DNA of 32,000 bases from an uncultured Candidatus Saccharibacteria bacterium (GCA_964543385.1 CAZIYE010000001.1:540001-572000), one strand, 5' to 3'; positions 17,534 to 28,002 are shown, numbered from the stretch's first letter. A program made the numbers and translations. Notes: generated by a model not told the origin, from the sequence alone.

Positions 17534-18298
17534 TCAGCGACTAAATCCCATGCCGGGGTCATCTGGTAAACCGGTGACCGTGTAGGTGGTGGTTTCTTCT
17601 ATTGTTTCTCCAGTGTCAAGGTTTGTCACGATGACATGGAGGGTGCCCTCGCCATTAGCTGCGGCGTAGAAGCCATCAGCTGTTTTGGCCAGTGCATTTC
17701 TTTCTCCCGGGACATCCCACTCCGTTTTGATATGGTACCACGAGGTACCAAAACCAATGCGGAAGTAGTGTGCACCGGTGATACTAAAATGCCTGGTGCG
17801 ATCTGGCATGACTTGGGCCATGTCTCCAACGGTTGTGTCAAAGACAGTTGTTAATGCAGTGCCAATAGGCGGTTTGGGATTGCAGATAAAGATATACTCA
17901 CCTGCATTCCATTTGAAGGCGCCCTGTTGTGCAGTCGCAGTTGCAGTGTAGGCTTTGCCAGCCGCAACTATGGTGCTCAAGGTTGGCATAACTCCTTTTA
18001 CATCATTGCTGATGCTCAGGCCCCCCCCAGGGGTGTTTTCGGTCTCGGTCACTTTGATCGTGACCTCTATTGGTAGCGGCTGGGGTGACCAGGTGGCGAT
18101 TGCCTTCAAGGTCGTGCCAGCGGTGAGCTTGGTCGTACCCTCGGAGAGGGTGACCATGTTTCCAGCGCCATCCGTGAAACGGAGGCTGAGCCGGGGTTGC
18201 TCGTTGGAAGTCGAAGTGGCACCAGTGCCACAGCCGGCCAGAATTCCGGCGCAAGCGATGATGAGCAACAGGCTCATGGCTGAGAGGATACGGCGCAT
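17534..18298 (-). CDS. Putative lipoprotein, GC-rich orphan
   Basis: 254 aa; signal peptide with lipobox (MRRILSAMSLLLIIACAGILAGCG); Shine-Dalgarno AGGAG just upstream. Confidence 0.8.
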   Translation of the reverse strand: MRRILSAMSLLLIIACAGILAGCGTGATSTSNEQPRLSLRFTDGAGNMVTLSEGTTKLTAGTTLKAIATWSPQPLPIEVTIKVTETENTPGGGLSISNDVKGVMPTLSTIVAAGKAYTATATAQQGAFKWNAGEYIFICNPKPPIGTALTTVFDTTVGDMAQVMPDRTRHFSITGAHYFRIGFGTSWYHIKTEWDVPGERNALAKTADGFYAAANGEGTLHVIVTNLDTGETIEETTTYTVTGLPDDPGMGFSR

Positions 18299-18322
18299 CG
18301 ATTTTCTCCTTATGCTTTCTTC

Positions 18323-18350
18323 AGCTGGTGGGATGATCCCATCGTCAGCT
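18323..18350 (-). promoter_or_regulatory. 5' UTR hairpin in the lipoprotein transcript
   Basis: AGCTG-ACGA-TGGGA-TCA-TCCCA-C-CAGCT on the minus strand, between promoter and start codon. Confidence 0.5.
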
Positions 18351-18364
18351 TAAAAACTTGCTAT

Positions 18365-18393
18365 ATATTAACATAAATAACGTAAAATGTCAA
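18365..18393 (-). promoter_or_regulatory. Sigma70-type promoter for the lipoprotein gene
   Basis: Minus strand: TTGACA (18388-18393), 17-nt spacer, TAATAT (18365-18370). Confidence 0.75.
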
Positions 18394-18522
18394 GATTGAA
18401 GAAAGAGTCCCCTTATGCTAGATTATGCTTAATATATAAGGTCAAAAGTTTGTAAAGCAACTCAAAAGAGTGCTTTATGAGCTTTTTACTTTATAACTTT
18501 ATTAACCAATCGGGAGTTTTCC

Positions 18523-20625
18523 ATGTACACAATTGCGATGATCCTGGCGCTTGGTGCCGCCATTGTTTCTATTATTTACGGCCTTATTTTGGTCATGAGC
18601 GTTAATAAGATGCCTGCTGGCAATAAGAAAATGGTTGACATTGCGAAAGCAATCCAAGAAGGCGCGATGGCGTTTCTAAATCGCCAATATTCCGCTGTTG
18701 GCATGGTTGCCGCAGTTCTCTTTGTAATATTGCTTTATGCACTTGGCTGGAAAATTGCCGTTGGCTTCTTGGTCGGCGCAATCTTTTCTGCTTTGGCTGG
18801 CTATATCGGTATGAATGTTTCCGTTCGCGGAAATGTCAGAACTGCTGAAGCTTCCAGAAAGGGTCTGCCATTTGGCATGGATGTTGCTTTCAAGTCAGGA
18901 ACTGTGACTGGAATGCTTGTTGTAGGTTTAGCACTTCTCGCGGTTGCTGGGTATTATGCACTCACCAAAGACATCAACGCCCTGATCGGTCTTGGTTTCG
19001 GCGGATCTCTTATCTCAATTTTTGCTAGACTTGGCGGCGGAATCTTTACAAAGGCTGCAGACGTCGGAGCTGATCTAGTTGGCAAGGTAGAAGCAGGAAT
19101 TCCTGAAGATGATCCAAGAAATCCGGCTGTTATCGCTGATAATGTTGGTGATAATGTTGGTGACTGTGCTGGCATGGCCGCTGACCTATTTGAGACCTAC
19201 TCAGTAACTGCTATTGCTGCAATGCTTTTAGGACACCTTTTCTTCCCAGATTTCGAGAATGCAGTTTTATTTCCACTCATTCTTGGTGCTGCTTCAATCG
19301 TAACTTCAATTATCGGTAGTTGGTTTGTAAAGCTTGGAAAAAATTCCAAAAACATCATGGGCACTCTATATAGAGGTTTGATTGTTGCTGGTGTTTTAGC
19401 TGCTATTGCTTTCTACTTCATCACAAATTGGATGATGGCAGACAACGGACAATATACAACTCTTGAAATTTATCTGACAGCCTTGATTGGCTTGGGTGTC
19501 ACCGCTGCATTATGTATAATTACGGAATATTTTACTTCGACAAAATTTCAACCAGTCCAATCGATCGCACAGAGTTCTCAGACAGGTCACGGTACAAATA
19601 TTATCACTGGTTTGGCTGTCTCGATGAGATCAACAGCAATGCCTGTAATAGTTATTGGTGCTGCTATCTTGGGCGCTTACTCTCTTGCCGGACTTTTCGG
19701 TATCGCTATCGCCGCTATGGCAATGCTTTCAATGGCAGGTATCATCGTAGCTATTGATGCTTTCGGTCCAGTTGTTGATAATGCTGGCGGAATAGCAGAG
19801 ATGAGTGAAATGCCATCTGATGTTCGTGTTCACACTGATGCACTTGACGCAGTAGGAAACACTACAAAAGCTGTTACCAAGGGTTATGCTATCGGTTCAG
19901 CTGCTCTTGCCGCTATGGTTTTATTTGCTGACTACACTGAGAAACTTAAAGCAGCTGGTGGACATTATGCTTTTGATCTTACTGATCCAAAAGTTTTAGT
20001 AGGTTTATTTATTGGTGGCTTGCTTCCATATTATTTTGGTTCTCTGGCTATGGAGGCTGTCGGTAAGGCTGCTGGTGCTGTTGTCGAAGAAGTACGAAGA
20101 CAATTCCGCGAGATGAAAGGCATCATGGAAGGCAAAGTAAAGCCTGATTATGCTAAAGCTGTTGATATTGTAACTAAAGCAGCTATCAAAGAAATGATCC
20201 TTCCTGCTGCTATTACAGTTGCTGCTCCAATCCTAGTTGGCTTCTTGCTCGGTCCTGTTGCCCTCGGTGGCTTTCTGATTGGTACGATTATCACCGGACT
20301 TTTTGTTGCAATCTCGATGACTTCTGGCGGCGGTGCTTGGGATAATGCCAAGAAATACATCGAAGAAGGTAATTTCGGCGGCAAGGGCTCGATCGCTCAT
20401 CAAGCTGCTGTGACAGGTGATACTGTTGGTGATCCATATAAAGACACTGCTGGTCCTGCTATCAATCCGATCATCAAGGTTGTGAATATTATTGCTCTTC
20501 TGATTGCTGGTACATTGATCAAGGTTGAGCTCACAAATACAACCAAGATTGTAGTTGTTGCAGTTATCATTCTCGGTATTACTGCTTGGATGCTCCTCGG
20601 TAACAAGAAGAAATCTGTTAAATAG
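18523..20625 (+). CDS. hppA: Membrane-bound proton-translocating pyrophosphatase, K+-independent type predicted
   Basis: 700 aa; [54 protein letters not shown]; [10 protein letters not shown] with Lys at the K+-independence position. Confidence 0.97.
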   Translation: MYTIAMILALGAAIVSIIYGLILVMSVNKMPAGNKKMVDIAKAIQEGAMAFLNRQYSAVGMVAAVLFVILLYALGWKIAVGFLVGAIFSALAGYIGMNVSVRGNVRTAEASRKGLPFGMDVAFKSGTVTGMLVVGLALLAVAGYYALTKDINALIGLGFGGSLISIFARLGGGIFTKAADVGADLVGKVEAGIPEDDPRNPAVIADNVGDNVGDCAGMAADLFETYSVTAIAAMLLGHLFFPDFENAVLFPLILGAASIVTSIIGSWFVKLGKNSKNIMGTLYRGLIVAGVLAAIAFYFITNWMMADNGQYTTLEIYLTALIGLGVTAALCIITEYFTSTKFQPVQSIAQSSQTGHGTNIITGLAVSMRSTAMPVIVIGAAILGAYSLAGLFGIAIAAMAMLSMAGIIVAIDAFGPVVDNAGGIAEMSEMPSDVRVHTDALDAVGNTTKAVTKGYAIGSAALAAMVLFADYTEKLKAAGGHYAFDLTDPKVLVGLFIGGLLPYYFGSLAMEAVGKAAGAVVEEVRRQFREMKGIMEGKVKPDYAKAVDIVTKAAIKEMILPAAITVAAPILVGFLLGPVALGGFLIGTIITGLFVAISMTSGGGAWDNAKKYIEEGNFGGKGSIAHQAAVTGDTVGDPYKDTAGPAINPIIKVVNIIALLIAGTLIKVELTNTTKIVVVAVIILGITAWMLLGNKKKSVK

Positions 20626-20633
20626 TTGAGACA

Positions 20634-20657
20634 ATGGCTCCGCGAATGCGGGGCCAT
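20634..20657 (+). terminator. Hairpin after hppA
   Basis: ATGGCTCCGC-GAAT-GCGGGGCCAT, 10-bp stem (one G-U), tetraloop. Confidence 0.75.
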
Positions 20658-20685
20658 CTCTTACATATTTAAAGATAGTGGAAAT

Positions 20686-20958
20686 ATGACTAAGAAGATA
20701 ATATTGCCTGTTGCAGCCTTGTTGCTCTCGGTAATTATCTTTTTGTCATATCAATATTTCAGAGATTATCAGACAAAAGAACAGGAAGAACAGTACGAAA
20801 AACAGACTTGTGCCAAAGAGGGAGAAGAAACTTTTGAACTGGTCGCTGACGCTAATCCTAGAAATTGTTGCGCAGGGCTAAAACCTTTTCGTGATTCAGA
20901 AACCCGTCCAGATGGTAGCTCGTGGATTTCAGGGACAGAGATATGTGTTAAGAATTAA
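20686..20958 (+). CDS. Small membrane-anchored protein with CC motif, unknown function
   Basis: MTKKIILPVAALLLSVIIFLSYQYFRD...NPRNCCAGLKPFRDSETRPDG. Track start (20626) overlaps the terminator hairpin; ATG 20686 preferred. Confidence 0.65.
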   Translation: MTKKIILPVAALLLSVIIFLSYQYFRDYQTKEQEEQYEKQTCAKEGEETFELVADANPRNCCAGLKPFRDSETRPDGSSWISGTEICVKN

Positions 20959-20977
20959 TTTATAAAGCTAATTGCCA

Positions 20978-21226
20978 ATGAAAACAGAACGAAGCAACAA
21001 AATCAGGTTCATCTTCGGTAGCGCTATTATTCTAATGGCAGTTCTTATTCTTTATAATGCTCTAAATAATGGTCCTAGCGATCACGCCTGGGCAAACTTT
21101 ATGATTTTGACATTACTGGGAGTCAGTTGGTTCTTGCCTCCGGTCAAAGAAATGTCCTTGTGGCTGTTTCTAAGAATATTAGTTATCATGGTGATGGCTT
21201 TTACTGCCGGTTATATCTGGAGATAG
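20978..21226 (+). CDS. Small membrane protein, unknown function
   Basis: About 82 aa from ATG 20978 with three hydrophobic helices; track start is 20972. Confidence 0.55.
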   Translation: MKTERSNKIRFIFGSAIILMAVLILYNALNNGPSDHAWANFMILTLLGVSWFLPPVKEMSLWLFLRILVIMVMAFTAGYIWR

Positions 21227-21466
21227 ATGAAAAATATTGAAAAAGGTACCAAAAGAACCAAATTAGAGCTAGACCGAATAGAGGGAGAAAAATCAGTTTT
21301 ATTTACTGATGACGGGGATGAAATTGTCCTATCGAACAAAATACTTCCTAAAGACATTGCCGAAGGTGATTGCCTTATTCTGACAGTAGCGACCGACGAA
21401 GCCGAGAAGTTGGCAAATGACCAAAAAGCCAAGGATATTCTAAACGCGATAATGAATCCAAGATAA
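21227..21466 (+). CDS. DUF3006-like small protein
   Basis: 79 aa; LELDRIEGEKSVLFTDDGDEIVLSNKILPKDIAEGDCL resembles the DUF3006 pattern. Confidence 0.6.
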   Translation: MKNIEKGTKRTKLELDRIEGEKSVLFTDDGDEIVLSNKILPKDIAEGDCLILTVATDEAEKLANDQKAKDILNAIMNPR

Positions 21467-21567
21467 GAAGTCATTACACTTTCTGGAAAAGCTTAAAATA
21501 TTTATGGTTTTTCTGTATGATAGAGGCGAGACATGATTTAGAGCTGATTGTATATATGGATTAATTG

Positions 21568-23520
21568 ATGATAAAGAAAGATAAAGAAACCGCGAGAGAG
21601 GAAGATAAAGGGGAAAAGACAAAAGTAAAAATTCCTCTGAAATATTTGATTTTTGGCGGAGCAGGCCTCATCGTCCTGTCTTTGCTTTCTTTTGCTGCAT
21701 ATTCTATCGCTTTTCAAAATAAAAATTACATAAATCAATATGTAGGTACTATTAATCTAGGTGGCAGAGATAAGAATGATACTAAAAATGTTTTAAAAGA
21801 GGCAGCTGAGAAATATCAGAACTCCCAGATCGTTCTCAAGAACACAAACTTAAACAAAGTCTATAATATTGATCCGACAGAAATCGGCTTAACTTTTGAT
21901 GTAGATAGATCAGCAGATGAGATTTGGTCCTTCGGTAGAGGAGGAAGTGCCTTAGGAAATATGCTGGATCAGATAAAAAGCATTTTCGTTCGCAGAAATT
22001 TTGATTTGTTTATATCATTGAATGAAAAAGGCCTAAATCAAAAGATAAAAACAATTGCCGAAGAACTAGATAAACCTGAAAAAGATTATTCCCTTGTTTA
22101 CACTGGTAACGGTTTCGAAATCACAACAGAACGTGTTGCCGGTGAAAGGATAAACCAAGCTAAAATAGTATTGGATCTGAAAAAGAGCTTTTCTAGCCTA
22201 TCTACTGCTGAAAATATTTTCACAATCGATGTATATGAGCCAAAAGTAACGCTCGAGAGTGCTAATAAGACGCTGTCTGAGGCTAACGGGATTATTTCTC
22301 CGGGAGAATTAATAATAAAAGGGGAAGGCCAGGAATTCAAAGCAGATAAAGACACTATTGCTGGTTTTATAAAATCAAGCCACAATGGTAGCGATTTGGA
22401 GCTTGATTTTAATGAAGATAGGATAAAAAAGTTTCTCGACGTTGTTGCCAAGGCTGTCAATGTTGATGCTGGCAATGCAAAACTTAGAATGGAAAATGGC
22501 AAAGTGGTTGTTTTTAATCAATCAAAAGTTGGCAAGGCGCTCAAAATTGATCAGACAATTAATGAAATAAAAAGTGCATTACTGGCAAGAATTACTGGAG
22601 TCTATAACCAAGTCACATTAGTTGTAGAAAGTAAAAGCCCCCAAATTACCGAGACGGAGGTAAGTTCATTGGGGATCAACGAATTAATCGGAACTGCCAG
22701 TACTTCCTTCAAGGGATCTCCGCCAAATCGTGTTCATAATATAACCATAGGGGCAAATGGCTTGAACGGAGTTTTGCTCAAACCAGGTGAAGAATTCTCC
22801 ACTCTCAGCCATCTTGGCGTAATTGATGCCAGCGGAGGATATCTAGAAGAGCTTGTGATCAAAGAGAACAGGACCATACCAGAATTTGGTGGTGGGTTAT
22901 GTCAGGTCTCCTCAACTATTTTTCGTACAGCTATATATGCGGGGATGAAAATAACAGAGCGTAGCGCTCACAAATATCGAGTTGGCTATTTTGAGCCACC
23001 TATTGGCATGGATGCCACAATCTATGATCCGGCGCCAGATTTTAAATTTGTTAATAACTATAAGAGTCACGTCCTGATCCAATCAAGGATAGAAGGAACA
23101 AAACTTACATTTGATATTTATGGCACTAAGGATGGCAGAAAAATAGATGTTTCTAATCCTATAGCATTCGATTACGTTAATCCTGGCGAACCGATAATTA
23201 CTGAGACGGATACTCTACCTGCCGGTGAAAGAAAAAAAATTGAATCAGCACATCAGGGGGCAACTGCCAGATTTGATTATAAAGTGACGAGCGCTTCTGG
23301 GGACGTATTGCAACAAAAGACATTTGTCTCCAAGTATGTCCCATGGCCAGAGAAATGGCTAGTAGGTAAGGCTGCTGCTCCTGCTGTTGTCCCTGATCCA
23401 ATTCCGGCAACGCCCGAGACTCCGGCTCCATTGCCAACCACAACATGTACCGATGGAACTCAAAACGGTGATGAAACAGGTGTTGATTGTGGCGGAAGCT
23501 GCTCAGTCTGTGCGCAATAA
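21568..23520 (+). CDS. VanW-like / peptidoglycan-binding-type surface protein with Cys-rich C-terminus
   Basis: N-terminal TM, internal repeated domain, VanW-like HNITIGANGLNGVLLKPGEEFSTLSHLG...EFGGGLCQVSSTIFRTAIYAGMKITER, C-terminal TCTDGTQNGDETGVDCGGSCSVCAQ. Confidence 0.9.
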   Translation: MIKKDKETAREEDKGEKTKVKIPLKYLIFGGAGLIVLSLLSFAAYSIAFQNKNYINQYVGTINLGGRDKNDTKNVLKEAAEKYQNSQIVLKNTNLNKVYNIDPTEIGLTFDVDRSADEIWSFGRGGSALGNMLDQIKSIFVRRNFDLFISLNEKGLNQKIKTIAEELDKPEKDYSLVYTGNGFEITTERVAGERINQAKIVLDLKKSFSSLSTAENIFTIDVYEPKVTLESANKTLSEANGIISPGELIIKGEGQEFKADKDTIAGFIKSSHNGSDLELDFNEDRIKKFLDVVAKAVNVDAGNAKLRMENGKVVVFNQSKVGKALKIDQTINEIKSALLARITGVYNQVTLVVESKSPQITETEVSSLGINELIGTASTSFKGSPPNRVHNITIGANGLNGVLLKPGEEFSTLSHLGVIDASGGYLEELVIKENRTIPEFGGGLCQVSSTIFRTAIYAGMKITERSAHKYRVGYFEPPIGMDATIYDPAPDFKFVNNYKSHVLIQSRIEGTKLTFDIYGTKDGRKIDVSNPIAFDYVNPGEPIITETDTLPAGERKKIESAHQGATARFDYKVTSASGDVLQQKTFVSKYVPWPEKWLVGKAAAPAVVPDPIPATPETPAPLPTTTCTDGTQNGDETGVDCGGSCSVCAQ

Positions 23521-23577
23521 TTTATAAGAATAGAAAAAAGTTATCTTTTTAGTGTTTTGTTGGTACAATAGGAACTA

Positions 23578-26175
23578 ATGAATGGGAGGGAATACTCTTT
23601 TTACCAATGGCCAGTCAAAGATGTCGAAAAACATCTGGAAACTGATGTTACCAATGGTCTTAGCAACAGCAAGGCCTCTTTTCGTTTGCAAAAATATGGA
23701 CCAAATACTTTAGAAAAGTTTTCGGAGGTTTCTCCTTTTACCATTCTACTGCGACAGTTCACAAATCTATTTGTGATAATTTTATTCGCTGCCGGCATGA
23801 TCTCTTATTTTGTTGACGGTTTGGTTCAAGCATTTATTCTCTTTGCCATAGTTTGCATAAATGTTAGTCTCGGTTTTCTTCAGGAATATAAAGCAGAAAA
23901 ATCAATTACAGCTCTGAAAAAATCTTTCTTTTCAAATGCCAAGGTAATCAGGGATGGTAAAGTTATATTAGTTGATAGCAGAGAAATAGTCTTGGGAGAT
24001 ATTGTTACCTTTGAAGCGGGAGATAAAATTCCTGCAGATATGCGATTAGTAGATGAGGAATCTCTTCAAATAAATGAGTCATCCTTGACTGGAGAATCGA
24101 TGCCCGTAAGCAAGAGCAGTGATACACTGCCCATAGATACGAGTTTGGCGGATAGAAAAAATATGCTATTTGGCTCCACAACCGTTTTAAAAGGTCATGG
24201 AAAGGGCATAATCGTTAGTACCGGTGCAGGGACCGAATTCGGCAAGATTGCTAGCATGGTAGATAAAGCTGAAGATACAACTCCACTAGAAAAACAGATC
24301 GCATACATTGCTAAGGTTTTTTCCTTAATAGGTATAATTCTTGCAGTCATAATATTTGTGCTTGGTTATGCCCGTGGATATGAGGTATGGAAATTGTTAA
24401 CATTCACCATCGCCCTGTTGGTGGCTGTGGTGCCTGAGAGTCTGCCGACAGTTATAACACTGTCTCTTGCAACTGGAGTAACTCGAATGTCACATAAAAA
24501 GGCCATTGTAAGAAAGTTGTCAGTGATAGAGGCTCTTGGTTGTGTGGATACAATTGCGACAGACAAGACAGGGACTTTGACCAATAATGAATTAGAGTTA
24601 GAGATTATATCCGTCCTTGAGGATGGTAAATTAACACCAATAACTTTATCTGCAAATAATATTAACAAAGAATCCTTAGAAATTATCTATCAAAGCTTGG
24701 CTTGTTCTAATATCGATATGAATAACGAAAAAGAATATATAGGTGATCCTGTGGAGATAGCTATAGCCAAGCGGTTGCAATCGCTTGGAAAAACAAAAGA
24801 TTTCCAATCAAAGGGATATGAGCGCTTAATGGAGATTCCTTTCGATTCTGATAAAAAATATATGGCTGTCCTCACCAGTTTTGAAGGCAAAAAGTTTTTG
24901 ATTTCTAAGGGATCTCCTGAAAGAATTATAAAATTCTGTTCATTTAAATCCGATATCGGAAAAGAGCATATCTTGTCTGAGGCAGCACGTCTTAGCGGGT
25001 TGGGGTATAAGGTAATTGCTTTAGCTGAAAAAAATATTGGGAAACTTTCTAGCAGTATTCTGTCTGGTATGAAATTTTGTGCGCTTCTAGTGATGATCGA
25101 CGAGCCAGCTGAAGGAGTCAAAGAGGCGATTAGAAAAACAATATCTGCTGGGATCAGGCCAATTATTATTACTGGCGATCACCCCGAGACGGCAAAGTTT
25201 ATTGCTAATAAATTAGGTCTAAAAGTAACTGATGATGAGATCATTTCAGAAAAAGAATTCGAACGTCTAGATCGCGCAGAATTAATCAGGGCACTTGGCA
25301 AGGTAAAAGTTTTTGCTAGAGTGACTCCCTCAGATAAGATAAAGATCGTCAGAGTGCTCCAGGAGATGGGATATTCGGTTGCTGTCACCGGAGATGGTGT
25401 AAATGATGCCCCGGCCTTAAAAGAGGCTTCAGTGGGCATAGCAATGGGTATAAAAGGTACGGATGTTGCTCGTGAATCGTCAGATATCATTCTTTCTAAT
25501 GACCGATACAATACTATCGTGTCTGCCATAGAATATGGTCGGACTATTTACGATAATATCAGAAACATTGTTACCCAGCTTGTCTCTGGAAATTTCACTG
25601 AAATATTTTTAGTAATAGTGGCATTTATTTTCGGTCTACCGATGCCATTTGTGACTTTGCAAATCCTCTGGATCAATCTGATAATAGAAAGTTTTGCCGG
25701 CCTTTCTTTCAGTTTCGAAAAACCAAGTCCGAATGTATTAAGAAGCAAGCCCAGAATATCCGGCTCAAATTCGATGAGTAAATCTATTATTTATGCTTCA
25801 TATCTCGCTGCATCATCTTTTGCTGTCTCTCTTGTTCTCTTTCTATGGGGATTAAATTCTTCTGTATCCAAAGCCAGGACACTAGTATTCTTTTTTATAG
25901 TCTTCTCCCAACTTTGTTTTGCCCTGTCAATAAGATCCAAGAAGAGGATATGGGAAAGTCCAAAAAGCTTTATTGAGAACAAATATTTATTGATCTCGGT
26001 TATTGCCGCTGTACTTCTCCAGCTATCGCTTCTTTTTGAGCCAGTTGCCCAGATATTTAGTATTACTGTTCCTAATTTCAGGGAGTGGATTGTCCTATCT
26101 ATCGCAGTTATAATTACTTTCTTATTTGCCGAAATCATAAGAAGCAAACACGACAGCCACTTGCATAAACGTTGA
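23578..26175 (+). CDS. P-type cation-transporting ATPase (Ca2+/type II-like)
   Basis: 865 aa; SLTGES, PESLPT, DKTGTLTN and TGDGVNDAPALKEASVGIAMG motifs. Confidence 0.97.
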   Translation: MNGREYSFYQWPVKDVEKHLETDVTNGLSNSKASFRLQKYGPNTLEKFSEVSPFTILLRQFTNLFVIILFAAGMISYFVDGLVQAFILFAIVCINVSLGFLQEYKAEKSITALKKSFFSNAKVIRDGKVILVDSREIVLGDIVTFEAGDKIPADMRLVDEESLQINESSLTGESMPVSKSSDTLPIDTSLADRKNMLFGSTTVLKGHGKGIIVSTGAGTEFGKIASMVDKAEDTTPLEKQIAYIAKVFSLIGIILAVIIFVLGYARGYEVWKLLTFTIALLVAVVPESLPTVITLSLATGVTRMSHKKAIVRKLSVIEALGCVDTIATDKTGTLTNNELELEIISVLEDGKLTPITLSANNINKESLEIIYQSLACSNIDMNNEKEYIGDPVEIAIAKRLQSLGKTKDFQSKGYERLMEIPFDSDKKYMAVLTSFEGKKFLISKGSPERIIKFCSFKSDIGKEHILSEAARLSGLGYKVIALAEKNIGKLSSSILSGMKFCALLVMIDEPAEGVKEAIRKTISAGIRPIIITGDHPETAKFIANKLGLKVTDDEIISEKEFERLDRAELIRALGKVKVFARVTPSDKIKIVRVLQEMGYSVAVTGDGVNDAPALKEASVGIAMGIKGTDVARESSDIILSNDRYNTIVSAIEYGRTIYDNIRNIVTQLVSGNFTEIFLVIVAFIFGLPMPFVTLQILWINLIIESFAGLSFSFEKPSPNVLRSKPRISGSNSMSKSIIYASYLAASSFAVSLVLFLWGLNSSVSKARTLVFFFIVFSQLCFALSIRSKKRIWESPKSFIENKYLLISVIAAVLLQLSLLFEPVAQIFSITVPNFREWIVLSIAVIITFLFAEIIRSKHDSHLHKR

Positions 26176-26204
26176 TCTCTTAGGAGTACTTAATATAATA
26201 AGAA

Positions 26205-26231
26205 AAATCCCCCGATAACTCCGGGGGATTT
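26205..26231. terminator. Bidirectional terminator between convergent ATPase and pyrG
   Basis: AAATCCCCCG-ATAACTC-CGGGGGATTT. Confidence 0.85.
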
Positions 26232-26234
26232 CTT

Positions 26235-27878
26235 CTATTTACCTGCTGCTTTAACGAAAGCTATAAAAAGTGGATGAGGTCGGAGCGGGCGTGAAGCTAA
26301 CTCTGGATGGAACTGTACTCCGACGAAGAAAGGATGACTTTCTACTTCTACGATCTCTACTAGATCTCTTTCAGGATTAAGACCACCTATTCTGAGTCCT
26401 GCTTTGGTAAGCTGTTCCCTATAATCGTTATTAAACTCATAACGATGGCGATGGCGTTCAAGAATCACTGGGAATTCACCTGGGTAGTCCTTGGCTTTAT
26501 AAGCATCATATGAGATAGACCCTTTTTGCAGTTCACAAGCATATTCTCCTAGTCTCATAGAGCCGCCGAAGTCTTTCTTCCGAAGTTTCTCTTTTTGATC
26601 TTTCATAATGTGAATTACTGGGTATGGAGTTTTGGAATTTATCTCTTCAGTATGAGCGTCCTTCAGGCCGCAAACATTACGGGCGTATTCGATAGTTGCG
26701 ATTTGCATGCCATAGCAAAGGCCAAAATAGGGGATTTTATTCTCACGACAGTATTTTGCTACAGCAATTTTCCCTTCGATCCCACGTGAACCAAAACCTC
26801 CAGGCACGATTACGCCGTCAAGGCTTTTTAACTCTGTTAGCTTCTCGGGATCTTCCTCATATGTAGTAGAGGAGAGCCAGACCATTTCTGGCTTGAAGCC
26901 TTGAGACCAAGCAGCATGTTTGACCGCTTCAATAACTGAAATATAGGAGTCAGATAATATGAATTCTCCTGTTTCGAAATATTTTCCGATAACTCCGATC
27001 TTGATCGGTTTATTTGCTTTCTTTGATTTATCGACAAAAGCTCGCCATTCTACCAAGTCTTTCCGTCTTGGTTTCAAGTGTAATCTTTTCAAGATCTTCT
27101 CACCGAGCTGTTCATTCTCAAAATTAACCGGAATTTCATAAATAGAATCGACGTCGGGTGCTGAGACAGCATTTTCTGGCAATATTGAGCAGAATGTGGC
27201 TAACTTTTCACGTCTCCTATCATCGATTGGATATTCACTACGGCATAGTATAAAGTCCGGTTGAATACCACATGAGTTAAGCTCTCTAGAGGCATGTTGA
27301 GTCGGTTTTGTTTTCATCTCCCCAACTTTTGATGGTATTGGCAAATATGAAACTAATACAAAGATTACGTCATTTGGATGCTCGAGCTTCATCATGCGGG
27401 CAGCTTCCAGAAAAAGCAGGTTTTCATATTCACCTACAGTTCCACCTATTTCGACAATAGAAATTTCAGCCTTTGTTTTTAAAGAAGCAGTTTCTATTCT
27501 ATTGATTATTTCTTCAGGTACATGAGGCACGACCTGAACACATTTTCCACCATATTCAAGATTTCTTTCTTTATTGATTACGGATTGGTAAATACGTCCA
27601 GTGGTCATGTAATTCATCTTTGTAAGATCCTCTCCGATAAAACGCTCATAGTTACCCATGTCTTGATCGGTTTCGTCTCCATCTTTGGTTACAAAAACCT
27701 CACCATGTTCAGTTGGGTTCATAGTGCCAGCGTCAACATTTACATATGGATCAGCCTTGATTGCAGTTACGCAGAAGCCTTTTGATTTTAGTATTGTTCC
27801 TATAGATGCTGCTGCAATGCCCTTACCTACAGAGGACATAACACCGCCAACTACAAAGATGAATTTTTTCGAAGCCAT
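26235..27878 (-). CDS. pyrG: CTP synthase
   Basis: 547 aa; GGVMSSVGKGIAAASIGTIL synthetase domain and PYFGLCYGMQ glutaminase domain. Confidence 0.98.
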   Translation of the reverse strand: MASKKFIFVVGGVMSSVGKGIAAASIGTILKSKGFCVTAIKADPYVNVDAGTMNPTEHGEVFVTKDGDETDQDMGNYERFIGEDLTKMNYMTTGRIYQSVINKERNLEYGGKCVQVVPHVPEEIINRIETASLKTKAEISIVEIGGTVGEYENLLFLEAARMMKLEHPNDVIFVLVSYLPIPSKVGEMKTKPTQHASRELNSCGIQPDFILCRSEYPIDDRRREKLATFCSILPENAVSAPDVDSIYEIPVNFENEQLGEKILKRLHLKPRRKDLVEWRAFVDKSKKANKPIKIGVIGKYFETGEFILSDSYISVIEAVKHAAWSQGFKPEMVWLSSTTYEEDPEKLTELKSLDGVIVPGGFGSRGIEGKIAVAKYCRENKIPYFGLCYGMQIATIEYARNVCGLKDAHTEEINSKTPYPVIHIMKDQKEKLRKKDFGGSMRLGEYACELQKGSISYDAYKAKDYPGEFPVILERHRHRYEFNNDYREQLTKAGLRIGGLNPERDLVEIVEVESHPFFVGVQFHPELASRPLRPHPLFIAFVKAAGK

Positions 27879-27969
27879 ATTTTTCCCAAGATTAAGAATT
27901 AAGAGCTAAGGATTAAGCTCATACACACAGCTTAACTCTTACTATCTTATCTCTAATCCAAACAAGCAA

Positions 27970-28002
27970 AAAACTCCGGACGCAATTTTTTTGGAGTTTT
28001 TT
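27970..28002. terminator. Bidirectional terminator-like hairpin
   Basis: AAAACTCC...GGAGTTTTTTTT, T-rich on both strands. Confidence 0.6.

Noticed and set aside
17626-18353. Overlapping ORFs on the plus strand inside the lipoprotein gene
   Set aside because: GC-rich DNA gives spurious open frames; only the minus frame has a signal peptide, lipobox, Shine-Dalgarno, promoter and terminator.
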